Shown in pieces: positions 18,495 to 24,000 of a stretch of DNA of 24,000 nt (the stretch's first letter is position 1; every line of letters starts with the position of its first letter). The notes below the pieces were generated by a model. That model worked only from the letters and a program-made list of their open reading frames with translations. It was not told the origin of the DNA and did no database searches. The position numbers and the translations under genes are program-made. The stretch is from Candidatus Thioglobus perditus (GTDB taxonomy: Bacteria > Pseudomonadota > Gammaproteobacteria > PS1 > Pseudothioglobaceae): the NCBI GenBank assembly GCA_002909145.1, contig PNQY01000179.1, forward strand, positions 10,939 to 34,938, written 5' to 3'.

Positions 18495-18824
18495 TTAAAC
18501 TTTTTTAACAAATTCTGATTTTAACTTCATAGCTCCAAACCCAGAAATTTTGCAATCAATATTATGATCACCCTCGCATAGACGGATATTTTTCACCTTA
18601 GTGCCAACTTTAACAGCCGACGAAGTGCCTTTTATTTTTAGATCTTTAATAATGCTTACTGTGTCTCCATCAGTAAGTGTATTGCCGTTTGCGTCTTTTA
18701 CTATCTCTTCTTGTTCGTTCAAATCATCTGCTGAGAACTCATAAGCACACTCAGGACAAACCAAAAGATTGCCATCTTCATACACATACTTAGAGTCACA
18801 CTTAGGGCAATTAGGTAAGCTCAT
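18495..18824 (-). CDS. yjdM: zinc-ribbon protein YjdM/PhnA
   Basis: 109 aa, nearly collinear with E. coli YjdM: [81 protein letters not shown]. Confidence 0.9.
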   Translation of the reverse strand: MSLPNCPKCDSKYVYEDGNLLVCPECAYEFSADDLNEQEEIVKDANGNTLTDGDTVSIIKDLKIKGTSSAVKVGTKVKNIRLCEGDHNIDCKISGFGAMKLKSEFVKKV

Positions 18825-18833
18825 AATTATCTC

Positions 18834-19688
18834 TTATACAGTAAATGGATATTTAATCGGATCATGATGCTCGTAACCCACCAACTCAAAATCATCCATG
18901 GTTACCCATGTTTCTAGGTCTTTTAGAGTTTTAATTTCTGGATTAATCTTTAGTGATGGTAGCGCTAACGGTTTACGATCAACCTGTTCATTTTTAAAAA
19001 TATCTACTTGATTTTCATAAAGGTGCACATTGGATAAATGGTGACGCATTTTTCGCGCTTTTTTTCCCGTAATTTGTGCAGTAATCATAAGCAAAAATGC
19101 AACCTGAAAATGATTAAATGGCTGACCAAGTGCATAGTCTGATGAACGCTGATAGCTTTCCAGATAAAGATCATCACCTAACAAATTAAAATGATGTGTG
19201 TGCATACATGCCGGTAAGCACGCACGATGAATGAGATTTGGATGGTTAAAAGTCATAATCTCGCGTCTATCATCAATACCATTTGACAGATCAGTTACAA
19301 TCTTTTTATATTGGTCTAATGGTTCATCATCTTCAATGCCTGGAAATGCTCGCCCTATCACCCCATAACACATACCCATATCATCTTCACCTTTACGGTG
19401 TGGATTATCTAGCCAGGCTTGGTTGTCATTGGCATTGGCATTCCAAGTATTACAGCCAATGGCTCGAAATTGCGCAGCAGAATCGTAGCCTCGAATATAG
19501 CCCAGCATTTCAGCAATGGCAGATTTCCAGAAGAGTTTTTTAGTGGTAACCACAGGCACAGTGCCATCAGATAAATCGTGCTCAAAAGTCGCGCCAATAA
19601 TAGCTAATGTTTTTTGCCCTGTGCGAGCATTTTCAAGCCACACGCCTTCATCTAAAATTCTTTTTCCAATATCAATATACGCTTTCAT
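18834..19688 (-). CDS. thyA: thymidylate synthase ThyA (283-284-aa Haemophilus/Vibrio-type)
   Basis: 284 aa. Blocks WKSAIAEMLGYIRGYD, CLPACMHTHHF (catalytic Cys), YQRSSDYALGQPFN, and a C-terminus LETWVTMDDFELVGYEHHDPIKYPFTV matching my recollection of H. influenzae ThyA. The lgt TGA overlaps the thyA ATG (ATGA at 19685-19688). Confidence 0.95.
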   Translation of the reverse strand: MKAYIDIGKRILDEGVWLENARTGQKTLAIIGATFEHDLSDGTVPVVTTKKLFWKSAIAEMLGYIRGYDSAAQFRAIGCNTWNANANDNQAWLDNPHRKGEDDMGMCYGVIGRAFPGIEDDEPLDQYKKIVTDLSNGIDDRREIMTFNHPNLIHRACLPACMHTHHFNLLGDDLYLESYQRSSDYALGQPFNHFQVAFLLMITAQITGKKARKMRHHLSNVHLYENQVDIFKNEQVDRKPLALPSLKINPEIKTLKDLETWVTMDDFELVGYEHHDPIKYPFTV

Positions 19689-20455
19689 TTTTTCTCATAA
19701 GCTTTGTTTAATAGATAAATCCCCAGCATAATCATTGGCAGAGTTAAGACTTGGCCCATAGTTAACCATCCAAATGCAAGGTAACCAATATGCGCATCAG
19801 GCATGCGAACAAACTCAATTATAAATCTAAAGAGTCCATAAAAAATTAAAAATAGACTTGATATAGTCATAGACGGCCTTGGCTTATTACTAACCATCCA
19901 AAGGATGGCAAATAGTACAAATCCCTCTAAAAACGCCTCATAAAGCTGTGACGGATAACGTGAAACACCCTCAGATTTAATATACACACCCAATGAGCTA
20001 TTAGTAACCCCACCCCATAACTCACCATTAATAAAATTACCAATTCTACCAAACCCCAGTCCCAACGGCACAAGCGGTGCGACAAAATCCATGGTGGTAA
20101 AAAATGTTTTGCCATATTTACGATTAAATAAATACATGGCAAATAAAACACCTAAAAATCCTCCATGGAACGACATTCCACCACCCTGGATAGAAAAGAT
20201 TGATAGTGGATCATTCAAGAATGTAGAAAGATTATAAAACAACATATAGCCCAATCTTCCACCAACAACAGCTCCAATAGCACCATAGAAAATTAAATCT
20301 TCAATCTGCTGTTTATTCCAATGATCTAAATTCTTAGATCTGTAATTAGCTAAAAGATATGCTGACAAAAATGCCAATAGATACATTAACCCATACCAAT
20401 AAACTTGTACAAAGCCTAAGTCAAATGCAACTGGATTAATATCTGGGTAGGTCAT
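19685..20455 (-). CDS. lgt: prolipoprotein diacylglyceryl transferase (Lgt)
   Basis: 256 aa, polytopic. Motifs GGRLGYM, GGMSFHGG, FGRIGNFINGELWG and YPSQLYEAFLEG, in the conserved lgt-thyA arrangement. Confidence 0.95.
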   Translation of the reverse strand: MTYPDINPVAFDLGFVQVYWYGLMYLLAFLSAYLLANYRSKNLDHWNKQQIEDLIFYGAIGAVVGGRLGYMLFYNLSTFLNDPLSIFSIQGGGMSFHGGFLGVLFAMYLFNRKYGKTFFTTMDFVAPLVPLGLGFGRIGNFINGELWGGVTNSSLGVYIKSEGVSRYPSQLYEAFLEGFVLFAILWMVSNKPRPSMTISSLFLIFYGLFRFIIEFVRMPDAHIGYLAFGWLTMGQVLTLPMIMLGIYLLNKAYEKK

Positions 20456-20477
20456 ATTTTAAATTCTTTGATAGTGA

Positions 20478-20554
20478 TAAAGACTTCTAAATAATTTAAA
20501 CACTAAACATTCAGCTTTAAATGGCAAAATTCTATCCAGCTGAGCTGCAAACGC
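20478..20554 (-). pseudogene. decayed second copy of tRNA-Arg(CCG)
   Basis: At a constant offset of 2330 nt from the intact tRNA, the first 24 tRNA nt (20531-20554) match 20/24. The remaining 53 nt (20478-20530) align ungapped at about 27/53, with a good share of the differences being G/C in the intact copy versus A/T here. No cloverleaf can be folded. Confidence 0.45.
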
Positions 20555-20621
20555 AGATTATGTGAAAGCAGTTAAAATGCTTGTTGATTGATCTATTTGT
20601 CAGAGCAAAAAACTTTTTGCA
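20531..20621. repeat. left copy of a 91-bp direct repeat (tRNA 5' part + tRNA upstream flank + last codons of the arsR-family gene)
   Basis: Hand alignment with 22861-22951 gives 80/91 identical with no gaps. The terminal 23 bp (20599-20621, gtcagagcaaaaaactttttgca) are identical. Confidence 0.85.
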
Positions 20622-20749
20622 GTGGTTCTTGACAGTCATTATCACCTTTTTAAGTTATCCAAAATCAACTAGCTAATACGTGAGCAATCATACCATATAC
20701 ACCCAATTAACTTCCTTCCATAAAGTGCAAAAAGCACAACAAATATATC

Positions 20750-20774
20750 TCAAGTGTAGAAAGTTTACACTTGA
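20750..20774. promoter_or_regulatory. perfect 9-bp palindrome TCAAGTGTA-N7-TACACTTGA (candidate operator)
   Basis: Read directly: 20750-20758 is the reverse complement of 20766-20774. It lies in the ~300-nt non-coding leader, 150 nt upstream of the wHTH gene. Confidence 0.45.
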
Positions 20775-20874
20775 AATATAATGATGAAAAAACCTCAGGT
20801 TTTCAACCTGAACCACCCCTTAAGAACAGCGAGTAGTTCGAAATATGATGATTAAGTCAATACAGTTCAATATA

Positions 20875-20883
20875 TGCTATAAT
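20875..20883 (+). promoter_or_regulatory. extended -10 promoter element TGCTATAAT
   Basis: An exact TGnTATAAT lies 41 nt upstream of the wHTH ATG (20924). An AAGG ribosome-binding remnant sits at 20913-20916. No good -35 is present. AT-rich background makes chance matches likely. Confidence 0.35.
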
Positions 20884-20923
20884 TAAATGTAACAAATATC
20901 AATATAAATGCGAAGGCGACAAT

Positions 20924-21202
20924 ATGAAAGAAATCAGAAATCTATTTAAAATGCGTGAATCCCTTGATAGGTACGAAGAAGAAATTGGCATTGCCAAGCT
21001 TTCTAACCTTGAAAAATCAATACTGGAATTTATTGCATCTACCGATAACCCAACAATTACTTTAATTACTAAAACAGACTATTTTAAAAAATATTCATTC
21101 TCATCAATTAAAAGAGGGGTTAATTCACTTATTGAGTACAAGCTTGTTAGACAAGATATATCACAAGAAGACAAAAGAAATAAATTTTTAGTTTGCACTT
21201 GA
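20924..21202 (+). CDS. small winged-helix (MarR-like, truncated) DNA-binding protein
   Basis: 92 aa. LSNLEKSILEFIASTDNPTITLITKTDYFKKYSFSSIKRGVNSLIEYKLVRQDISQEDKRNKFLV follows the MarR wHTH pattern (helix-turn-helix, then the wing R..D..D.R...L). It ends right after the wing, so it lacks the usual C-terminal dimerisation helices. Confidence 0.55.
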   Translation: MKEIRNLFKMRESLDRYEEEIGIAKLSNLEKSILEFIASTDNPTITLITKTDYFKKYSFSSIKRGVNSLIEYKLVRQDISQEDKRNKFLVCT

Positions 21203-21777
21203 TAGCGCACCTGGTGTTATCATTTATAAAGCTAATTAAAATTAATTTAATTGTATTAATTGCAATAGCTTTAGTCTTTTACGTAACCATTTTATTAGGG
21301 GACGGTCCCGGAAAGCTCGACACATATTTAAAATTTATGATGGGTGCAAAAATTCTGCTTTTATTAACTTTTGGTTTTGCAGCAGTCCCTGGAATTATTA
21401 TTGCATTCGCATTTATCGCAACCAATTACTCTCCATTAATTGTGGACAATTTTGGGGTGGTGATATTCACTCTTATTCATACCATAGTACCAATTAGTGC
21501 TATACATTTAATGAATATCACTAAAGTATCTAATTTTATAGATCTAACAAATATAGACTTCCGTCATATAATGTTTTTAGTACTATTTGCTTCACTATTC
21601 TCAAGTATTTTCAAATACATTTTGATTGAAGAGTTTACTAATTTAGAAATCAATGGAGGGTTTTTTATATGGAAGTATTTCATATCTAATTCACTTGGTG
21701 GATTAGTTTTAATATACTTTGTGCTGAGAACTATTCCTTATGCGCTTTCAAAGCTTGGTTACCAATTAAATAACTAG
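21193..21777 (+). CDS. hypothetical polytopic membrane protein (about 5 TM), paralog-like to the next gene
   Basis: 194 aa. It has no ATG start (TTG at 21193, with alternatives TTG 21199 and GTG 21214) and overlaps the wHTH gene by 10 nt in another frame. I count five hydrophobic segments. The C-terminal segment FISNSLGGLVLIYFVLR mirrors FLPGDIIGGIVFLLTSV of the next ORF. Confidence 0.5.
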   Translation: MHLIAHLVLSFIKLIKINLIVLIAIALVFYVTILLGDGPGKLDTYLKFMMGAKILLLLTFGFAAVPGIIIAFAFIATNYSPLIVDNFGVVIFTLIHTIVPISAIHLMNITKVSNFIDLTNIDFRHIMFLVLFASLFSSIFKYILIEEFTNLEINGGFFIWKYFISNSLGGLVLIYFVLRTIPYALSKLGYQLNN

Positions 21778-21779
21778 AA

Positions 21780-22373
21780 ATGCATCTACTTTTAATAAAT
21801 ATCAAAGCCTTCCTCATTGTATTTTTATCTTATTTCATTGTTAATGTTATGCTTAATTTTGAAATTTTTCAAAATATTATCTTCTTTACTAAAGACTTTA
21901 ACCCTACTGTTGGCTTCCTTTTGTATTTACCAATTGGAGCAGTACTATTGAATTACTTGCTATATGGTAAAAAAGTCATATTAATTATTTCTGCCACAGT
22001 AATTTCGTACGGAATTTACAATGAACTCAAAAGTCATATCTTAATTGGATATTCAATTGTTGGAATATTTGGCCCGTTATTGGCGATATGTTTAGTTGAA
22101 AGATTTAAACTTATTGATTTTAAAAAATTCCCAAATACTCCAGTCAAAAGTTTATTGTTTCTGTGTGTTGTTGCGGCGGTAATAAATACTACTGGTAAAT
22201 TTATAGTCTATTACTCCTACCCCTATAGTGATGCTGCTATAAGTTGGTTTGATGGCGGACCAACTACTTTCTTATTAACCTTTCTGCCTGGTGATATTAT
22301 TGGTGGTATTGTGTTTCTTTTAACAAGTGTGTTTGTTATCAGATACTTTCATTTAGAAGACATTGACGCCTAA
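21780..22373 (+). CDS. hypothetical polytopic membrane protein (about 6 TM), faintly MASE1-like
   Basis: 197 aa with ATG 2 nt after the previous stop. The pattern LPIGAVLL...GIFGPLLAICLVERF...FLPGDIIGGIVFLL reminds me of MASE1-type membrane sensor domains. This is unverified. Confidence 0.55.
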   Translation: MHLLLINIKAFLIVFLSYFIVNVMLNFEIFQNIIFFTKDFNPTVGFLLYLPIGAVLLNYLLYGKKVILIISATVISYGIYNELKSHILIGYSIVGIFGPLLAICLVERFKLIDFKKFPNTPVKSLLFLCVVAAVINTTGKFIVYYSYPYSDAAISWFDGGPTTFLLTFLPGDIIGGIVFLLTSVFVIRYFHLEDIDA

Positions 22374-22458
22374 AAAGTATTTTTTACAAGTGAATGAATC
22401 TTAATTTAGAGCAATAGAGATAATCATTTTATGGAAAGTAATTGCTACACTTTCAATA

Positions 22459-22779
22459 TTATGATTTATAAACATTAACTAAAATAACTCCTATAACAAT
22501 TAAAAACAATCCAAAAATAGTTGGCCAATTTAACATCTGTTTATAGAAAAAATAACTTAGTATTGCTATAGAAAAAACTCCTATACCTGACCAAGACGCA
22601 TAAACAATTGATAGGGGTAATTTTTGAGAAACAATAGCAAGAAAATAGAAAGATACTATATATGAAGTGAACAAAATAGTAGTAGGCAATATTTTGGTAA
22701 AATTTTGCGATGCAGGTAACATCATCGTACCCAAGACTTCAAACACAATTGCTCCAAAGAGTATTAAATATACATTCAT
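22459..22779 (-). CDS. small multidrug resistance (SMR/EmrE-like) transporter
   Basis: 106 aa with 4 TM segments. The essential TM1 glutamate is present in GAIVFEVLGTMML, YASWSGIGV corresponds to EmrE AIWSGVG, and the length and topology are typical. Confidence 0.85.
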   Translation of the reverse strand: MNVYLILFGAIVFEVLGTMMLPASQNFTKILPTTILFTSYIVSFYFLAIVSQKLPLSIVYASWSGIGVFSIAILSYFFYKQMLNWPTIFGLFLIVIGVILVNVYKS

Positions 22780-22807
22780 TCTAGAAAAAATATAAGTCTA
22801 TGAAATA

Positions 22808-22884
22808 TGGTGCGCTCGACAGAATTCGAATCTGCGACATTTGGCTTCGGAGGCCAACACTCTATCCAGCTGAGCTACGAGCGC
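22808..22884 (-). tRNA. tRNA-Arg (anticodon CCG), CCA-encoded
   Basis: Reverse complement is GCGCTCGTAGCTCAGCTGGATAGAGTGTTGGCCTCCGAAGCCAAATGTCGCAGATTCGAATTCTGTCGAGCGCACCA. It folds as a cloverleaf: 7-bp acceptor stem (GCGCTCG/CGAGCGC), D arm, anticodon stem TTGGC/GCCAA with loop CTCCGAA, and T arm GCAGA-TTCGAAT-TCTGT. Confidence 0.92.
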
Positions 22885-22951
22885 AAATTATGCGGAAGTA
22901 GTTAAAATGTTTGTTTATTGATTTATTCGTCAGAGCAAAAAACTTTTTGCA
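22861..22951. repeat. right copy of the 91-bp direct repeat
   Basis: See 20531-20621. It covers tRNA nt 1-24, the 38-nt gap, and the last 8 codons plus stop of the ArsR-family gene. Confidence 0.85.
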
Positions 22952-23231
22952 TATTGGCAACTAATTTCAAAATTTTTGCATCTTTAACTTTACATAAAAT
23001 TTTGTTACCATCACGCCGCGATTCTACAATTTCTTTGGTTCTAAGAATATCAATATGCTGTGAAATATTAGACTGAGAAGACCCTACTTGTTTTACAATT
23101 TCAAGTACTGGTAATTCTTCATTTTTTAGTGCGCACAGAATCTTTAAACGCAACGGATGTGCCATTGCTTTTAAAGCTCTAGTGGCCTTTTCAATATCCT
23201 CTTCTTTCTCTAAAAGTGTCATGTCGCCCAT
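22923..23231 (-). CDS. ArsR/SmtB-family transcriptional regulator
   Basis: 102 aa with SD GGGAGAG upstream. Family pattern LKAMAHPLRLKILCALKNEELPVLEIVKQVGSSQSNISQHIDILRTKEIV. Cysteines occur at LCAL, ILCKV and FCSDE. The canonical ELCVCD metal site is absent. Confidence 0.85.
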   Translation of the reverse strand: MGDMTLLEKEEDIEKATRALKAMAHPLRLKILCALKNEELPVLEIVKQVGSSQSNISQHIDILRTKEIVESRRDGNKILCKVKDAKILKLVANMQKVFCSDE

Positions 23232-23253
23232 AATATTCTCTCCCTAAGATTTT

Positions 23254-23838
23254 TTAAATTCTACCCAGCATTCCATAAATGCCATATCTTCTAGCTTTTA
23301 TTAACACCATCTTTTGGTAATAATTAGTTAGACTATCATTGTTAAGAACAATATCAAATATTTGCCAATTTTCTTCTTTGTTTTGATGGAATAGCAGATC
23401 AATATATATAGGATATGATGAATATCCATTAACTCTAAGTTGTACAGCTATAGAGCCACCCATTACTGGTCTAGCAGAAATGAACTGGAAAGATGTAGAG
23501 TTTGCCTGAGATAATCTTGTTAATAGTGTTGAAATAATGTTTTTCTTTAGCTTTCCTGAAAAGAACCTAACCTCGTCTTGGCTTAAGCTATTATTAGTAA
23601 CCAATAACACCTCATTAGCAATATGTTCAAAATCAAACATTGGAGATATTTCTTTATCAACCAAAAAATTCATCATTTGAGGTGAATAAGCTGCAGCAGT
23701 TGTAAGTTGATTAAGCTTTACTATAGCTGACTGTATGGCCTGAACCGGTCCGCTTTCTTGTGATTCCTCTTCTTCAGCGAATAAGCCTAATGAAAACAAC
23801 ATTGTTAAAGCTAATAAAATTACATTAAATCTTCTCAT
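23254..23838 (-). CDS. second MlaC/Ttg2D-like periplasmic lipid-binding protein
   Basis: I prefer the ATG at 23838 (MRRFNVILLALTMLFSLGLFA signal peptide) because GGAGAAAAA precedes it; the track start at 23868 is 10 codons upstream. Family-like blocks are EISPMFDFEHIANEVL and NWQIFDIVLNNDSLTNYYQ. Family assignment is by eye. Confidence 0.55.
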   Translation of the reverse strand: MRRFNVILLALTMLFSLGLFAEEEESQESGPVQAIQSAIVKLNQLTTAAAYSPQMMNFLVDKEISPMFDFEHIANEVLLVTNNSLSQDEVRFFSGKLKKNIISTLLTRLSQANSTSFQFISARPVMGGSIAVQLRVNGYSSYPIYIDLLFHQNKEENWQIFDIVLNNDSLTNYYQKMVLIKARRYGIYGMLGRI

Positions 23839-23942
23839 TTTTTCTCCATTATATAAAAACAAAACCAAGTAAAATCAAACTCAATATTGTAGGTGTTTTC
23901 ACAGTATTATATTTAAACTTTTTATAAGTAAATGATTATATT

Positions 23943-24000
23943 ATGAATTTCTTTAACTTTTTTAAGCATTTATTGCTTTTAGTAATTTTTTTAACCCTTT
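23943..24000 (+). CDS. 5' end of an ORF leaving the window (hydrophobic N-terminus)
   Basis: ATG at 23943, then MNFFNFFKHLLLLVIFLTL with no stop before the window end. Only 19 codons are visible. Confidence 0.2.
   Translation, partial: MNFFNFFKHLLLLVIFLTL

Larger units (their letters stand above)
20622..22807. mobile_element. candidate inserted islet bounded by the direct repeats; no recombinase
   Basis: 2186 bp lie between the repeat copies. It carries four ORFs with no core function (wHTH, two membrane proteins, SMR), while both flanks are conserved housekeeping. No integrase, transposase or IS termini were found, so mobility is only inferred. Confidence 0.4.

Noticed and set aside
1004-20151. 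About 25 ORFs of 60-127 aa in the supplied track that lie antisense to, or out of frame within, the large conserved genes. Examples are 1004-1186, 2219-2509, 2928-3311, 3336-3548, 3798-4061, 4205-4507, 7199-7381, 7297-7560, 8485-8697, 10684-10941, 11734-11961, 12785-13006, 13451-13696, 13467-13649, 13799-14002, 13806-13988, 14415-14606, 15114-15365, 16109-16321, 18279-18461, 19283-19543, 19409-19597, 19516-19731 and 19927-20151.
   Set aside because: Each is fully embedded in a gene with strong family motifs on the other strand or frame. Their translations are low-complexity or Ser/Leu/Ile-rich with no recognisable motifs. They are shadow ORFs.
20629-20657. A promoter-like TTGACA (20629-20634) with a weak -10 (TAAGTT, 16-nt spacer) immediately after the left repeat copy, pointing into the islet.
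   Set aside because: The -35 is perfect but the -10 is poor, and AT-rich DNA gives many such matches. It is too weak to call without transcription start-site data.
20781-20855. A 24-codon ORF (MMKKPQVFNLNHPLRTASSSKYDD) in the leader region of the islet.
   Set aside because: It has no SD and no recognisable features, and an ORF of this size is expected by chance. I cannot support it as a gene.
20622-20923. A known small RNA (4.5S/ffs, 6S, tmRNA, RNase P RNA) in the ~300-nt non-coding stretch.
   Set aside because: None of the conserved motifs I remember, such as the 4.5S GGAA tetraloop helix context or the tmRNA tag ORF, are present. Only the two short hairpins reported above were seen.
20622-22807. 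Integrase, transposase or IS terminal inverted repeats inside the candidate islet.
   Set aside because: All four ORFs read as a wHTH, membrane proteins or an SMR pump. No recombinase motifs (a tyrosine-recombinase R..H..R..Y pattern, or DDE) and no terminal inverted repeats were seen. Mobility therefore remains only an inference from the flanking repeat.
22780-22807. A guanidine- or other riboswitch upstream of the SMR gene, as is common for Gdx-type SMR pumps.
   Set aside because: Only 28 nt separate the SMR ATG from the tRNA 3' end, which is too short for any known riboswitch aptamer. The protein also looks more EmrE/Qac-like than SugE/Gdx-like.
23883-23908. An imperfect inverted repeat AATATTGT-N10-ACAGTATT upstream of the MlaC-like/ArsR operon, as a possible ArsR operator.
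   Set aside because: Only 7 of 8 positions match, the arms are short and A/T-rich, and it lies in a very AT-rich spacer. I cannot distinguish it from chance by eye.

Overview
AT-rich, tightly packed bacterial chromosome segment. The conserved neighbourhoods (rnc-era-recO-pdxJ-acpS, lgt-thyA, ffh divergent from a ypjD-like gene, mlaC-like/murA/hisG/hisD, bcp-ubiG, lepA, uvrC) look gammaproteobacterial, but I cannot name the organism. About 21 kb is ordinary housekeeping. Three places deserve a second look. (1) 20.48-22.95 kb is my best candidate for an undescribed module. A ~2.2-kb segment beside an intact tRNA-Arg(CCG) is bracketed by a 91-bp, ~88%-identical direct repeat and what looks like a decayed second tRNA copy. 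It carries a small winged-helix protein, two mutually similar polytopic membrane proteins of unknown function and an SMR exporter, with no recombinase. (2) 16.7-18.5 kb holds a stand-alone Cas6/Cmx6-like RAMP protein with no CRISPR array or other cas genes. It is divergent from RNase III and followed by a secreted protein with two thioredoxin folds. (3) 6.56-6.71 kb lies in an ArsP/UPF0718-type permease that abuts ffh; its central loop carries six evenly spaced Cys-Cys pairs. I saw no rRNA, CRISPR array, IS element or phage genes. All homology calls come from recognising motifs and remembered family sequences by eye, not from searches, and the identity counts were made by hand.
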